Below, piece after piece: positions 12,801-27,500 of a stretch of 64,000 bases of DNA; the first letter of the stretch is position 1; each line of letters starts with the position of its first letter. A program made the translations under genes and the position numbers. Under the pieces are notes generated by a model. It made no database searches and was not told the origin of the DNA. It saw only the letters and a program-made list of their open reading frames with translations. The DNA comes from Felis catus (taxonomy: Eukaryota). The stretch spans positions 18,352,001-18,416,000 of the forward strand of contig NC_058383.1 of NCBI RefSeq assembly GCF_018350175.1, read 5' to 3'.

Positions 12801-12873
12801 CTGTGCCTGTGCATGCCAACTTCCTGACTGCCAGAGCCTCAACTGTCTCTGCTTTGAGATCAAGCTCCGATGA
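6873..12873 (+). CDS. Uncharacterised 139-aa single-pass membrane protein with Cys-rich tail, encoded in exons upstream of ALDOA (probable orthologue of human LOC112694756); coding exons 6873-6878, 7704-7847, 8042-8197, 12760-12873
   Basis: ATGGAC|gtgagt at 6873; ccag|GCC..CTG|gtgagg (144 nt); ctag|GCC..GCT|gtgagt (156 nt); ctcag|GGT..TGA (114 nt). All introns are phase 0 with canonical GT-AG. Spliced protein: MDASSSPWNPTPAPVSSPSLLLPIPAIVFIAVGIYLLLLGVVLLTRHCLLAQGCCTDCSSPCRKQGASRPQDCCWTCAEACDFPLPSPARCLDACCPQPTEAGWASRCPRCCPLCDCACACQLPDCQSLNCLCFEIKLR. Orthology is from memory. Confidence 0.85.
8575..8974 (-). mobile_element. Two tandem CAN-SINEs (about 8575-8779 and 8785-8974)
   Basis: Both end in gagccacccaggcgcccc; flanked by repeated ctgggtatt target sequence. 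Confidence 0.9.
10583..10790 (-). mobile_element. CAN-SINE (feliform type)
   Basis: gagggagacacagaagccgaagcaggctccgggctccgagctgt.. diagnostic segment. Confidence 0.9.
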
Positions 12874-13198
12874 GGACCCGGAGTCCCTGCCCTTTGGGGA
12901 GCGGCCAACCTCCTGGGCCCACATGTCCCTTTCCCTGAGGGGCGACTGGACACCTTTCTCTAGGCCACTGGAACCACAAATGGCCTGCCCAGCTCATCAG
13001 CCCGGGAACCAGCTGTGGAGAGCCTGGCTTCCTGCAGAGCAGGACTCAGAGAGCCCTTGGCCCGCTGGACTGCAACCCCTTTGGGGGGCCAGGAGGGAGA
13101 GGGGCTAGTGCTCTGGCAGGTGCCCCTCCCCGCCTCTCCTCCTCCCCACATAAACTGTTAAAATTGAAGGTGAGGGTGGGAGACGCTGCTCACCACAG

Positions 13199-13526
13199 AC
13201 CACATTATGGGACAAACTTGAGCCTTGAGCGTCAGGATATAGGGGTACCACAACCACACCTTGTCCGCGGACTCTTGGTTATTTTGAGGTGAGTGTAGTG
13301 CCTGCAGCTGCTCTCCCGCCAAAAGCTTGGTCTCCTGAGAATCACAACAGCCATCATCAGGGCCCAGAGGGGAGGGGGTTGAGAAGGAGGCAGAGAGGGC
13401 CACAGATCTGAGTCCCCTTTCCTCTCCTTCCCTCCCCACAGATCCCTGGCAAAGATTGATTTCTCTTGACAACCTTTGAGGGCCTCAGGCTGGATTTCCA
13501 AGGAAGAAATTTCCTCAGATGGACGG
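13199..13526 (+). other. ALDOA: ALDOA non-coding leader exons N1 (about 13199-13288) and N2 (13442-13526)
   Basis: Donors ttttgag|gtgagt (13288) and ggacgg|gtgagt (13526); acceptor ctccccacag| (13441). Sequence resembles the recalled human ALDOA 5'UTR (..caaagatt.atttctcttgacaacc..ggatttccaaggaagaa..). Confidence 0.7.
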
Positions 13527-13631
13527 GTGAGTGGGCAGGGGCCCTCCCCCTGCCCCCCAACTAGGGCAGGCCCAGAGCTTCCTCCCCCTTCTCTCAGTTT
13601 AGGCCCCACGCTGGCCTGAATGTCAGGGGCT

Positions 13632-13815
13632 TCAGGTTTCCCTAAATATAGGACCCTGCCAGGGGATCCGTGGCAAGGAAAGGGCAGGGGTCACCGGAGA
13701 AGGTTGGGGACATTGGCTGGGGGGAGGGCAGGAGCTGCCTTATAACCCAGCCCAGGAGCGGCCTGGCTCACTCGCTGCTGACCAGGCTCTGCCCGCTCCT
13801 TCAGCCTCCTCGCAG
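13632..13815 (+). promoter_or_regulatory. ALDOA: ALDOA muscle promoter pM and exon M
   Basis: MEF3 motif TCAGGTTTC 13632-13640 next to MEF2 site CTAAATATAG 13642-13651; TATA box at 13741; donor cgcag|gtgggc at 13815. Matches the known pM architecture. Confidence 0.8.
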
Positions 13816-13979
13816 GTGGGCGCCAGCAGGACGCCGCAGGGTTGGGGTTGGGCCTAAGGGGTCCAGATTAGGAGGGGAGGCTTGGCCGGTAGGATGAGGG
13901 ACTCGGAATGTATCTGGGGGCTGACCGGCTAGGGACAGGTTTGAGTCTGGAGGGGGAAGTCAGGTCCCAGGGAGACGTT

Positions 13980-15100
13980 TGCGCAGGGACTCTGGCGCTG
14001 CATCTCCAGACTCGCTGGGGCGAGCGGCGGCCGGCCGGTTCCGCCGCAGTCTGGCTGTGGATGGCGGCGGGGGCCGCAGGCGGGTCCGCGCCGGCCCGGG
14101 CGGAGAGGGCGTGCGCACGCACGGCGAGGCCGGTCCCCCGCGGCCGCGAGCCCGACCCGGGCAGCTGGGGCGCCTACACCGGCGCGGGCGGGCCACCCGG
14201 AACGGCTGCCGCCCGGCCTCCGCCCCCTCCCCCCGCCGCTCTTCCGCCTGGGCTGGTGACCCAGGGAGGGGCGGCCCCGCGCGCCAGAGCCCGCAAGTCG
14301 AGCCTGCAGGCGAGGCCGGCAGACGCCCAACCTCCGGGTTCTGTCACAGTGTGACACACGCTGCATCAGCGCAGGCCGGAAGCTGGGGCTGCCCCGCGGC
14401 CGCGCGGCTGGGCCTAGACCGGGAGGCTGAGCCTCCGTCCTTTCAGGCTCTTGCACCCACTTGCCCCCACCTCCCTTCCCATCTCCTCCGGGGCCCCTAA
14501 TCGGCTGAGTCACGGCTCCCCAGAACGCGCCAACTGGGGGGAGAAGGGAGACGGCGGGTGGGGGGTGGAGAGCCCAGGCGACCCGAAGGATGTGGCCCGA
14601 GTCACGTCCTAGGGGGCCGGGGGGGTGAGCGGGGGGGGGGCAGGGATCGTGTTCTCGTAGCGCTGGCCCCGCCCAAGCGCCGCCTCCGGGCTTCGCCTTT
14701 CGGGGGCGGCCTCTCCACCGTTCCTCTCCTGCAATTGGACGCCAGCGCTCTCCCGGCCCCCTTCAAGGGAAAAAACCCGGCGGAGGCTGGCGCGGTGCCT
14801 TTATAAGCCCGGCGCCACCTCCTGCTTCCCGCCCCCTGCGCCGCCCCCTCCGGAGCTGAGTAGGCTGCGTTCCGCTTGGAACGCGCCGCAGAACCAGGGT
14901 GCTGGTGACGACTGCCGCGTTCGCTCCCTCAGTCCGCTCGCCGGCCCGTCGCCCTCCACCGCCGCACCCCGCAAACCCGCCCCCTCCCGGGCCAGGTGAG
15001 CTCCCCTCGCCGTGTGCGAAGGTCAGGGACCCTGGAGAAGGATCCTGGGGGCAGTGGCCGGTCGGGTCGGAGCCCACCCCCATTCCCCCGTCCCAGCATC
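13980..15100 (+). promoter_or_regulatory. ALDOA: ALDOA housekeeping promoter pH (CpG island) and exon H
   Basis: CpG island; AP-1 TGAGTCA 14506-14512; HIF-type HRE gtcacgtc (GACGTGAC on the minus strand) 14601-14608; TTATAA at about 14801; donor gccag|gtgagc at 14995. Confidence 0.8.
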
Positions 15101-15976
15101 TCCCCCCGCCCCACTACCTCCCACATACATGCTCCCAGCCCGGACTCCTCAACCCTCTTCAGCTTGAGTTTCCTTGGTTTGCTGCGCAATGCAGCGACTA
15201 CGCGCGCTGAGTCATGGCGGAGGAGGAAGCAGGACGAGATGAAGGGCCATTCCTTTTCTCCTTTCCTTGCTGGGATCCCAGGTGCAAAGGATTACGGCCC
15301 CTTTGCCTCTGCGGTGATCCTAAGAGGCAGCGAGGGGGTGGGGGCCAGCCCGTATACTCTCAGGGTTTCCGAAAGCGTGGTTGGTCCCTGCCCTGGGAGG
15401 TGGGACCCCCCTGGCGAGGAGGGGAAACCCCTTGGAAGCGCGTGCTGCTCAGTTAACACTTTCCGTGCCTTTACTTATCTGGTGACCTTGATTGTGAGCC
15501 TGGAACAGCTGCAGCTGTGCGGGCAGACAGGAGCATTTTCAGGGGAAGGGGTGGGGCCGCTCGCCTCTCTACAATTCTCTTACCCTGTATGAGCAATGAG
15601 ATCGGTAAACCTTACCCCGTTCCTCCCCCTTGGGCTGGGCTTCCTCTGCTGCCCTTTCCTGGGCTTCCCGTTACCCTCCTGCCCTTTTTTCTAACACCCT
15701 TTTCCTAAGGCCCTCCCCCAACCCTGGGAGGAGAAGCTTGACCTTGGGATGTCCTTGAGGCTTTGGAGCCTGGGCCGGCCCTGGAATCTTGGGTGGATCC
15801 CGTACAGCAGTCAGAAGATCTGGGTTCTAGTCTCAGCTCTGGCCCTTGGTTTCTGTGGGACTTGAAGCCCAGAGCTTTCCCTTCTCTGGGTCCTTCTGTT
15901 GGGCCCTCTGCCTGATGTGCGACCTCTGAATTCTAAAATACTCCGGTTCGGTTCTGCTTCTAGGCAAGGTGACCCC

Positions 15977-16117
15977 ATGGCAGAGCGCAAGCCAGAAGGG
16001 TCCAGCTTCTACATGACCTGTCTTTCCATGTCTCTGGCCTATTGCTTTACCACAGATGCCAGTACGCAACCCCACCCTAAGGTGGGAAACACCCAGCAAC
16101 AAACAAAGTTAGGGAAG
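15977..16117 (+). CDS. ALDOA: Alternative ALDOA coding exon giving an N-terminally extended (testis/sperm-type) isoform
   Basis: [47 protein letters not shown]|gtacag splices in frame to 16316 ([10 protein letters not shown]..). Similar to human isoform 2 N-terminus [11 protein letters not shown].. Confidence 0.85.
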
Positions 16118-16330
16118 GTACAGGAGGCAGGCCTAGTACAGGGAAGTTGGGTGTAAGGGAGGCTTGGGCACAGGAAGTGCCCCAAGACCTGTCCAGTGTG
16201 GACTAGGGGAGGTAGGGAACCTTTGTCCTGACCTCCAGGCAAGGGGCCCTGCTTGTGGGGAGACCATGGGAAGACCCAGCTAACCATTCCTCCCCTGTCT
16301 GCCTCCTTTGGCCAGGAACTGACCGGCACC

Positions 16331-18951
<2,621 letters not shown>

Positions 18952-20849
18952 GCGGAGGTGTCCTAAGGCTGCCCCCTCGACACTCCAGGCCCCGTCCCCT
19001 CCCACACTCACTCTGGAGGAGGGGACTTCACCCAGGGCTCCAGGCTGCTCTTTCCCATCACTTTTGCCTCCCATGTGACATTGGTGTGTGGTGTTGTCTG
19101 TATATGCTAACTCCACTGCTCTTTCCAGCCCACTGCCAATAAACATCTATTTAAGGGGGAGTGTGCCGTCCGTGTCTGGTGTTCAGGACCGGGGAGGGCC
19201 AGGGGAGGTGGCAGAGCCTAGAAGAAAGATCCCTTGTTTCCTATTCTTCCTTCCTGGGCAGGAGAAAAGTGAATGGGTTGGGAGAGGACCTTCCTGCTTT
19301 GTTTTATGCTTGCCCAGGGCTTCAAGAAGAGAGCTCGTGACATTTTCTCCCTACCATCAAGCTCCCCATCCGCTTTTACCAGCAGCACCTGATAAGGCTC
19401 ACAGTTGGGGGGGGGGGGGGGAGTATGTGTTAGGCTCAGTCTCACTTTTAGACCCAGAACTCCCAGGTGCACAAGGCCCCTGTGACAAAAACAGCCACTA
19501 ACCTAAGCCAACATTTCCTGAGTGGTATGAGCCAGGTGACAACGACACGACACCACGCAAGTGATCTGTATGAGTGGGTGTTGTTATTCCCATCTCCCGC
19601 TTAAGTCCGTGCTGCCTGAGGTTGCACTTTCTTGATGAAGACAAGATTATTAATGCCTACGTCCTTAATCTGTACTGTTGAGCTTGTCTGTTTTCCCATC
19701 TCAACAGGAGATGGGATTAGAACTGGTTTCTTAATTAATCTTCCTTGGACCATGGAACCGCCTGAAGAACCTGGAATTTATTCCAATAACCCCCTCAACA
19801 ACACAGATTGTTCAGCCCCCTCAACAACACAGGGCGCAGGTTCCAGGTTAAGAACTGGGCCAGAGTAGCTGCTGCGTTCCGTGAAGCCAGAATGAAGGCC
19901 CCGTACTTAACGCCTCTGCCACACCTTGAACCCTTTCCCAGTCACCCAGGTTGGGTGGGCTGTAGCAGTAACTGCATCAGGTCTCTTGAGCTGTTAAAGG
20001 CCCTAGTTCTAACCAGGGATCTTAGTGAGTCCTGCCACTTCCTGAATTTCCCTCTGGGCCCTTTACTGTCTGAGCTCCCTTCTGGAGGGAAAAAAATAAC
20101 CTTGACTTTTGTGATCTCTCTGGACCTACTGAATTCCTGTAGTGATGTGCATAGAACTGACTTAACCTAGGACTTTTTAGGAGTTTAAGAACTTGGGTCA
20201 TTTCCTTCAGTGCACATCTGCATCTATTACCTACATACAAAACCAACCCCACTCCCAGTGCCTCTCTAAACTTTGGCCTCGCTTCTGTGCCTAGCCTCAC
20301 TCAATTCTCTGAAACAAAGTCTTCAGGAAAGCAAATAAAAATTGAAGGTCAACAGAAGATAGCAAAAAGGAGTTTTCAAAAGGGAGCAGCATGTGCAAAG
20401 TCTCAGACACCAAGTATGCTCACAGACCAGTCACTTCCCCAAATACCAGTGGCGGGGGTGGGCTTTTTATACTAAGGGTGAATTCCAGAACGTGTGATAG
20501 GTGGAGATACTAGAACTGATTCCTTAAAAAATAAATAAATAAATAAAACTTGCAGGCAACAGGAAGCAACTGAGGGGTGTCGGGGGGTCATTTTGACTGA
20601 GGCCCAGACGGTGTGGGCAAGGTGGACTCTTTTCTGCCTCTAACTTGGAGGTCCTCTACGGCAGAGATTTCTCTGGGGCCACGGAAAGAGATTTGGACAG
20701 GATCCTTCCAGCCACTGAACAAATGTTTAGGTATGCCTACTGTGCCAGGCCTGTTCTAAGCACCAGGGCTGCAAGGGTGACCCTCAGGGATGGGTAGGCC
20801 GACTCAAACAGGTAAATAAAAGCGTGTCACAAAATTACACGGCGGCCCC

Positions 20850-21500
20850 GCGGCTCAGCTTGCTTCCCTAACGGAGATGGGAGTGGGGCGGACTGAGGCG
20901 TCCATCAGCTCGCAAGAGGCGGGTCCACCGGGCCCCCGGTGACCTCCGCCCGCACGCTGCCCACATCCGCTTCCTTCGGCTCATCCCCACTCCTCTGCTC
21001 CGGGAGGTGGGGGTAAGGGCGCGGCGCGCGAGGGGGAAGGTGTGTGTGACGCCACATCCGGCGCGCGGCGGAACTGATCTCCCTTTGCTTCCGCGGCGGG
21101 GCCGGAAGTAGAAGCGGCGGTGGCGGCGGCCCAAAGCGGAGGGAAGGAGGAAGGCAGGCAGGGAGTCCGGGAGCCGGAGCCGGAGTCGCGGCGGCGGTAA
21201 TAGGCTGAGGCCCCTCTAGGCCACCGTCCCGAGCGCGGGATCGCGGGGTTCGGCGGGAGTTAGCGGGGAGCGGCCAGGGCCGTGGGACGCTGGGGGTCCC
21301 GGGGCCGATGTGAGGGGAGGCGGGGGTGGGGGTGGGGGGGGCCGGGCCGGCTCCAGAATTTAGTTGCCTCCCCACCCCCACCCCCCCGCTCCCCCTACGG
21401 ACGCTCTGATCCACGGACTCGTCTTCTCGTTCCTCAGGAGACCCCTGTGCGGTGCGGAGGGGGCGGCGGCCCCGGCTCTGACCCGCGCCGGGGGCGGGTG
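20850..21500 (+). promoter_or_regulatory. PPP4C: PPP4C CpG-island promoter and non-coding exon 1
   Basis: CpG-rich, ETS/GABP ccggaagt at about 21102, donor gcggcg|gtaata at about 21196, acceptor at 21437. Confidence 0.75.
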
Positions 21501-21507
21501 GTGGGCC

Positions 21508-24500
21508 ATGGCGGAGATCAGCGACCTGGACCGGCAGATCGAGCAACTGCGGCGCTGCGAGCTCATCAAAGAGAGCGAAGTCAAGGCCCTGTGCGCTAAG
21601 GCCAGGTGAGCCTGGTGGCCCCGCTGCCCAAGGGGGTTCCGGTCTGGGGCAAAGCCAGTGAGAACTTGGGGCCTGGATCATCCTGGCATCTTTCCCAGAG
21701 AGGAGCAGAATAGGGCCACTTCCCTCGAGCAACCAGCCTGTTGGGAGAAGACAGACCTGGATAAAGACACCGAAAGTATGAAGTGACGCGTTTTCAGTGG
21801 CGTTAGAGAGTCCTAAGATACTTAGGAAGCTCACGGAAACAACTTTACCTGCCGGAGGAACAGAGGTTTCTTGGAGGAACTGAACTTTGGGGATAAGCCC
21901 AACCCTTGAGTTCTGTGGGAAGTAAGATGATGTAGTGGTTAGGAGCTCAGGCTTTGGAATGTGATGGTTCTAGGTTGGGAGGTGAGCTCTGCCACTTACT
22001 GGCTGTGTTGGTGATCTTGAGGTCCCTGACAGTTTCTTCATTTGTAGACTGGGGATAATAGTACTTACTAAGATGGCTGTGACGAGTCAGTAAGTTGGTG
22101 CGTGGGGTGGGCTTAGCATAGTTCCTTGGTACAACGTAAGTGCTCACTAATCCTTAGGTGTTACTGTTGTTACCGTGTAGGAAGAGGGCATTGCTGATAT
22201 GGACTGAAGTCATCAGGGAAGGCTTCTAAGAGAAGGTGGCCTGGAAGGATGAAAATCATTTGGCTGGCTGATGGGAGCAGGGCCAGGGAGGAAGGACATT
22301 CGTAGTAGGATGAGGGCAGGAGTGGAGGCCCCGAGATGTGTGGGCACCAGCAAGGAGACCACTGAAACCTGCCTCCCCTAAGGTACTGTTTGCAGCTTGC
22401 ACCGTGCCGGAGAATTGTAGGGAAAGAGCCAGGAGAACCACCGTACGTTTGTTGAACAGCAGGCCCACGGTTCCACAACAGGCCTTGTACTGGCAAGGAA
22501 CTTCCGTCTCCCTCACAGCAGTTTTGTGAGGTCAGGACTATTTGCTCCATTTAACGTGACTCCTGGAGGCCTGATGACTTGACTGAGGTCACCCAGAGAG
22601 AACGTGGCGGAGCTAGGTTCTGAACTTGTGGCTCTCAGACTCTTGCTTGGTTTTACTTCACACAGACAGACTCATAGCAGTGAGACGAGGCCTGTTTGGT
22701 GAACAGGCAAGGCCCTTTTTTGTCTGTGACTGTGTTTTGCCGTTTGAAGAAAATTTCCCTGGCTGGAAGAGCCCCAAGATGTTTTTAGTCATCCCTGTTC
22801 TCTCTGTCTTGAGTGGCATTTTTAGGAACTTAAACCAACTGTTGCCTGGCACTGTTCTTTTTCCTGTTAGACTCATCTTGCCCAGAGGGCCTGAATTGAT
22901 TCGGTGGTGAGGATAGCTAATGCTCGAATAGCACGGTGGAGTTTTCAGAATAACAGAGAGGTGATTTATTCCGTCTCCATTGCTCTTGGCAGCAGCCCTG
23001 TGGCTTCGTCAGGTCAAGCGTGCGTGTTTCACAGAAGAGGAAACTGAGTCTCTGAAAAGATAATGTCTTGCCTGCAGTTTCACAGCTCGTTGGAGGGGAG
23101 GTTCATTTTGGATCCAGATCTTTCACTGTACTCCATGCTCATTGACAGCCAAGCAGAGACACTTAAACTGTGTACAAAGCACTGGGGAGCTATAGAGGAC
23201 TGAGGAGTGGGAGAGTCCCATCCAGCCGAAACTGAGAAGGGCCTGGGAGGTCCTGGGCTGAGGCCCAAGTTGGCCAGTATTATCTTGGGCCCATTCTGAA
23301 GGGGGAACAACTCTTGCACCTGGCCATGGCCTCCTGGAGACCCACCAGGGGCCCAGCCAAGGCTGAAAGTGTCAGGAACCTCCCTTTGCTCACAGGGTAC
23401 ATAGTCTCAAACCCTTGGAACTAGAGAGGCCTGAAGTGTGTGGACTGAACTCAGTCCTACTAAAAATACCAGTACAGGAAAAGAGCAGAGGGTTTGAATC
23501 CGGTGGTTTTCAATATGAGTCCCAGCTTCGTCACCTATAAACAATGTAATCCTGGTCAAGTCTCTCCATCTCTCCAAGTCTTTGAAGTCCTTACGGAGCT
23601 CAGGTGAGACTCTGCATCTGTAGGGACAGGGGCTGGCACTTTGGCAGGCATTTTCTAAAGGTAGCATTCGTTGTGGAAGTAAAGGTGGGCGGGTGTGACC
23701 CCTGAGAGGGCGGATGATGTGCTGTGAGTGACAGAGCTGGGCTTGGAGGCTGGGCCCGGAATCTGTGGATGAGGCCGGCACAGATTCATAGGAGATTGGG
23801 CTCCTGAGTTCAGTTCATTCACTCTCCAGCTTCGTGACCGTGATCCTGCCCCCTTTTTTCTCTAAGCCTTGGTTTTTCTGTCGAGGAGGAAAAGAACCTC
23901 CCCGAGTCCATTGGGGAGGTCATCATAAGCAGTTGATGTGGAACAGTGTTTCACGCCAGATGCGTCCCTAGCGGGAGGGCCTGGTTGTTGGATGGCCGCT
24001 CAATCACTGCCAGTGCCTTCCCCCGAACGTCCCCCCATTCCCAGAAAGCCAAGCAAACGCACTTCCCTCAAGCCACCTTTTTCATAGAGAGCATCTTCAG
24101 GGCCATAGGGGAAAGCATCCGTTCTCGGAGCTCAGGGAGCTGCTTGTCTCCTAGGAGGAGGCTGGCAGAAAAAGGCCAGTGCCTGGGCGCCCCCCACACC
24201 AGAGTAGCTAGGTGGCAGCGCCAGGCTGCCTGAATTAAATCCCACCTGTATGACCGTGGCCAGTTTATTCCCCTGAGCAGTGGGTGTCACCACAGTGCCC
24301 GCCTTGGGGGGTGGCCGTTGGGTTTGTGTCATCGACACCAAGCTCTTACTACGGTCCTGGGGTGTGGCGTGAACTGGAGTGGTCACTGCTGCCATCATCA
24401 CCAAGGGTGAAATCTGGAAACGTGGCACCGCTTACTTCGCTGTGTGTGTGTAGCCGACAGAGTGGTTTCACGTCACGCGCTCTCGAGTGGTAGTAGACTC

Positions 24501-27500
24501 CACTGCAGGGAGGAACGAAAGAACAAAGTTGTCACTCCCTCTAAATAAGGCAAAAGCGCATCGCTTTGATGGTGTGTTTGATCACTGGGTGCCTTTGGAC
24601 AGTCTGGGGAAAGCCTCCGTGACGGGCGGAGAGGAGGCTCAGCCAGGGGCACGGTCTCGGAGCGCTCCAGGCCAAGGGAGCAGCATGAGCAGAGAGCTCT
24701 GCGTGGAGAGCGGGTCTGTTCTCTGGAACGAGCACTGGATGTGGGAAAGAGGGCAACAGGGAGGGTCAGGGCTTGAAAGGCCACTGTCTCCTTGGAAAGG
24801 CTTTGAATGCCGCAGCAAGAGTTTGGGCTCTGGCCTCTTGGCCTTGGGGAGGCCTGCGGTCAGCCCATCCTGGGGATATTATTGCACACCTCACTCCTGC
24901 CCCCTAGAGGTTCAAGGCCCACCTCAGATCCTCCCTTCNNNNNNNNNNNNNNNNNNNNNNNNNNNNNNNNNNNNNNNNNNNNNNNNNNNNNNNNNNNNNN
25001 NNNNNNNNNNNNNNNNNNNNNNNNNNNNNNNNNNNNNNNNNNNNNNNNNNNNNNNNNNNNNNNNNNNNNNNNNNNNNNNNNCTTCCAGAGCCTAGGCACA
25101 TGGCCGTTCCCCTTAATCTTGTGGGCTACAGAGGTCTGCCCCTCATCCCTGAGAGCCCGGAAAGTCCCGTGTATCCCTCTCCCATCTTCAAGGGAGCCTT
25201 GCTGTACGAAATGGATGTTACGGGAAGGGTCTTTTGAGCTGATGGGGGGATACTCTTGGTCAGGGCAGAAGGACTCTGAATCTGGTGAGTGATTCTACCC
25301 CACACATTTCTGTGTATTCTGTGTCATTAGTAGCTTTATTCCGGGTTCCTTGAGGGAAACACGGAGAGGAAGGGGCCGGGTCCTCCAGAAGCTACAGGCC
25401 TAGCTCGAGAGACCTAGTTTTAGCTCTTGCCCACAGAACAGCTGGCACCCAGTGCGGGATGGGGGGTGATTCCAGAGCAGACGAAGTCCGGGTAGGAGAG
25501 TAGATTGGTGGCCCTGAGAAGTGGAGGTTTCGCTGGGAGCGATAAGGAGCTACTAAAGCGGCGGGTGTTCTGAAGGCCAGCCCCTGGAGGCGGAGGCTCT
25601 CCGGCTGTGCGAGTTCCGACCCAGCTCTCCTCACTTCCTAGGTATGCGGCGACATCCACGGGCAATTCTATGACCTCAAGGAGCTGTTCAGAGTGAGTGT
25701 GGGGAGACTCTGGGACAGGTGACCTGGGGGGTGACTGGAAGACCCCTTTAATTGAGAGTGGAAGCTTTGACTTGGGTGAGTGAGAGGCCTCCTGTTTGGT
25801 GGGCCCTCTGTGAAAGAAGGGCCTCAACTTGACCGGCACATGGGCTGCCACGGCGGGGGACAGGTGAGGATCGAGCAAACCCTTCTCCCCCCGCTCCTCC
25901 CTCCCCAGGTGGGTGGCGACGTCCCTGAGACCAACTACCTCTTCATGGGGGACTTTGTGGATCGTGGTTTCTACAGCGTCGAAACGTTCCTCCTGCTGCT
26001 GGCACTTAAGGTGGGAACCTGGGCTTCCGGTGCCCACACCCGGGCCGCCTCCGGCCTGACCTGTGTCCTTCCTGCCCTCGTCTCCTTCTCCATCCACCCC
26101 CAGCTCTGAGCCGTCCTGCTGGTGTTCAGCTTGCCCGGGGATGGGCAGAGCAGCTTTCCTTGGCTCGGGGGCATCTGATGGGGTTCCTGGAGGAGAAGGC
26201 GGAGCTGTGGCATTGGAGGGGAGGGAATAGAGGCTCCCCGTGCTCGGAAAGTGGCAGGGTGTTGAGTTCACCTGGGTGCGGTATCCGTTGGTAGGCCAGA
26301 TGACAGAGCACCTGAGGGTCTCGGTAAGGACTTAGTGGTGAAAGGGGAACCGATAGGTTGTAGTTGATGGGGAGGGGTCAGCCTCAAATCCCCTAGAGGA
26401 GGGACCGGGGCCTGTGAGGTTGGCCAGAGATGGCATGACTCTGGGCTGGGGTAGTGGTGAGGTGACAGGGCGGGCAGGTATGAGGAGATCTGGGAAGGGC
26501 CGGTGGGGCTGTGAGGGAGGGACAGAGCCCAGCCCCCAGCCCTGGATCGGTGGCCCCCCTCCAGGTTCGCTATCCTGACCGAATCACCCTGATCCGGGGC
26601 AACCACGAAAGCCGCCAGATCACCCAGGTCTACGGCTTCTACGACGAGTGTCTGCGCAAATATGGCTCGGTGACCGTGTGGCGTTACTGCACTGAGATCT
26701 TTGACTACCTCAGCCTGTCGGCCATCATCGATGGCAAGGTGGGCCGGCTACCGGGTCCCGTGGGGATCGGACTCGCGGGGGAAGAGGCGCTGGGCTCAGC
26801 CGGCCTTCACTCCTTTCTTGTCCCCCTGTAGATCTTCTGCGTGCATGGGGGCCTCTCCCCCTCTATCCAGACCCTGGACCAGATCCGGACGATTGACCGA
26901 AAGCAAGAAGTGCCCCATGACGGGCCCATGTGTGACCTGCTCTGGTCTGACCCTGAAGGTGAGGGCAGGCAGGCAGGGCAGGGTGGCTCTACCCTTAGTG
27001 TGGCAGGAGACTGAGGGGGTCTTGTAGCTAAAGCAAGCGCCTTGAAGAGACAGGCCAGGCGGGCTTAGGGAAGAGCAGAGTGGAGCTGGTCTTCACTGGT
27101 GTCTGCACTTGGCCGGCTTGCCCCCTGGCACCCTCAGAGAGGAGGAGGAGTGTGGGCAGCTGGTGCTCGTGAGCTCGGAGAGGGGATGGGTGTGTATTTC
27201 ATCGCTCAGAGGCTTGTTTGGGACGAAATCATTGGCCCCCTGAACCTGAAGGGGCTTCTGCTGAGTTCACACTCCGAGAACGACGGCCCCACGAACGTCC
27301 CTCATTTTGTGGGGTTCCCCAGCTGGTACGGAGCAGAGCCAAGACTGAACGCCGAGTCTCCCAAGTACCAGTCCAGAGCTCCTGCTGTAACACGCACAGC
27401 CTCCGCCCCCTCACTGCCGTGCCCACCTGCCTGGCCACTGCTCCCAGGGCGGCCAGGAGAGCCCTTGTTGTCACCTGCTGGACCAATGTGGTCATTATAA

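Noticed and set aside
20905-21834. 309-aa minus-strand ORF
   Set aside because: Antisense to the PPP4C CpG island and exon 2; stop-poor because of GC content.
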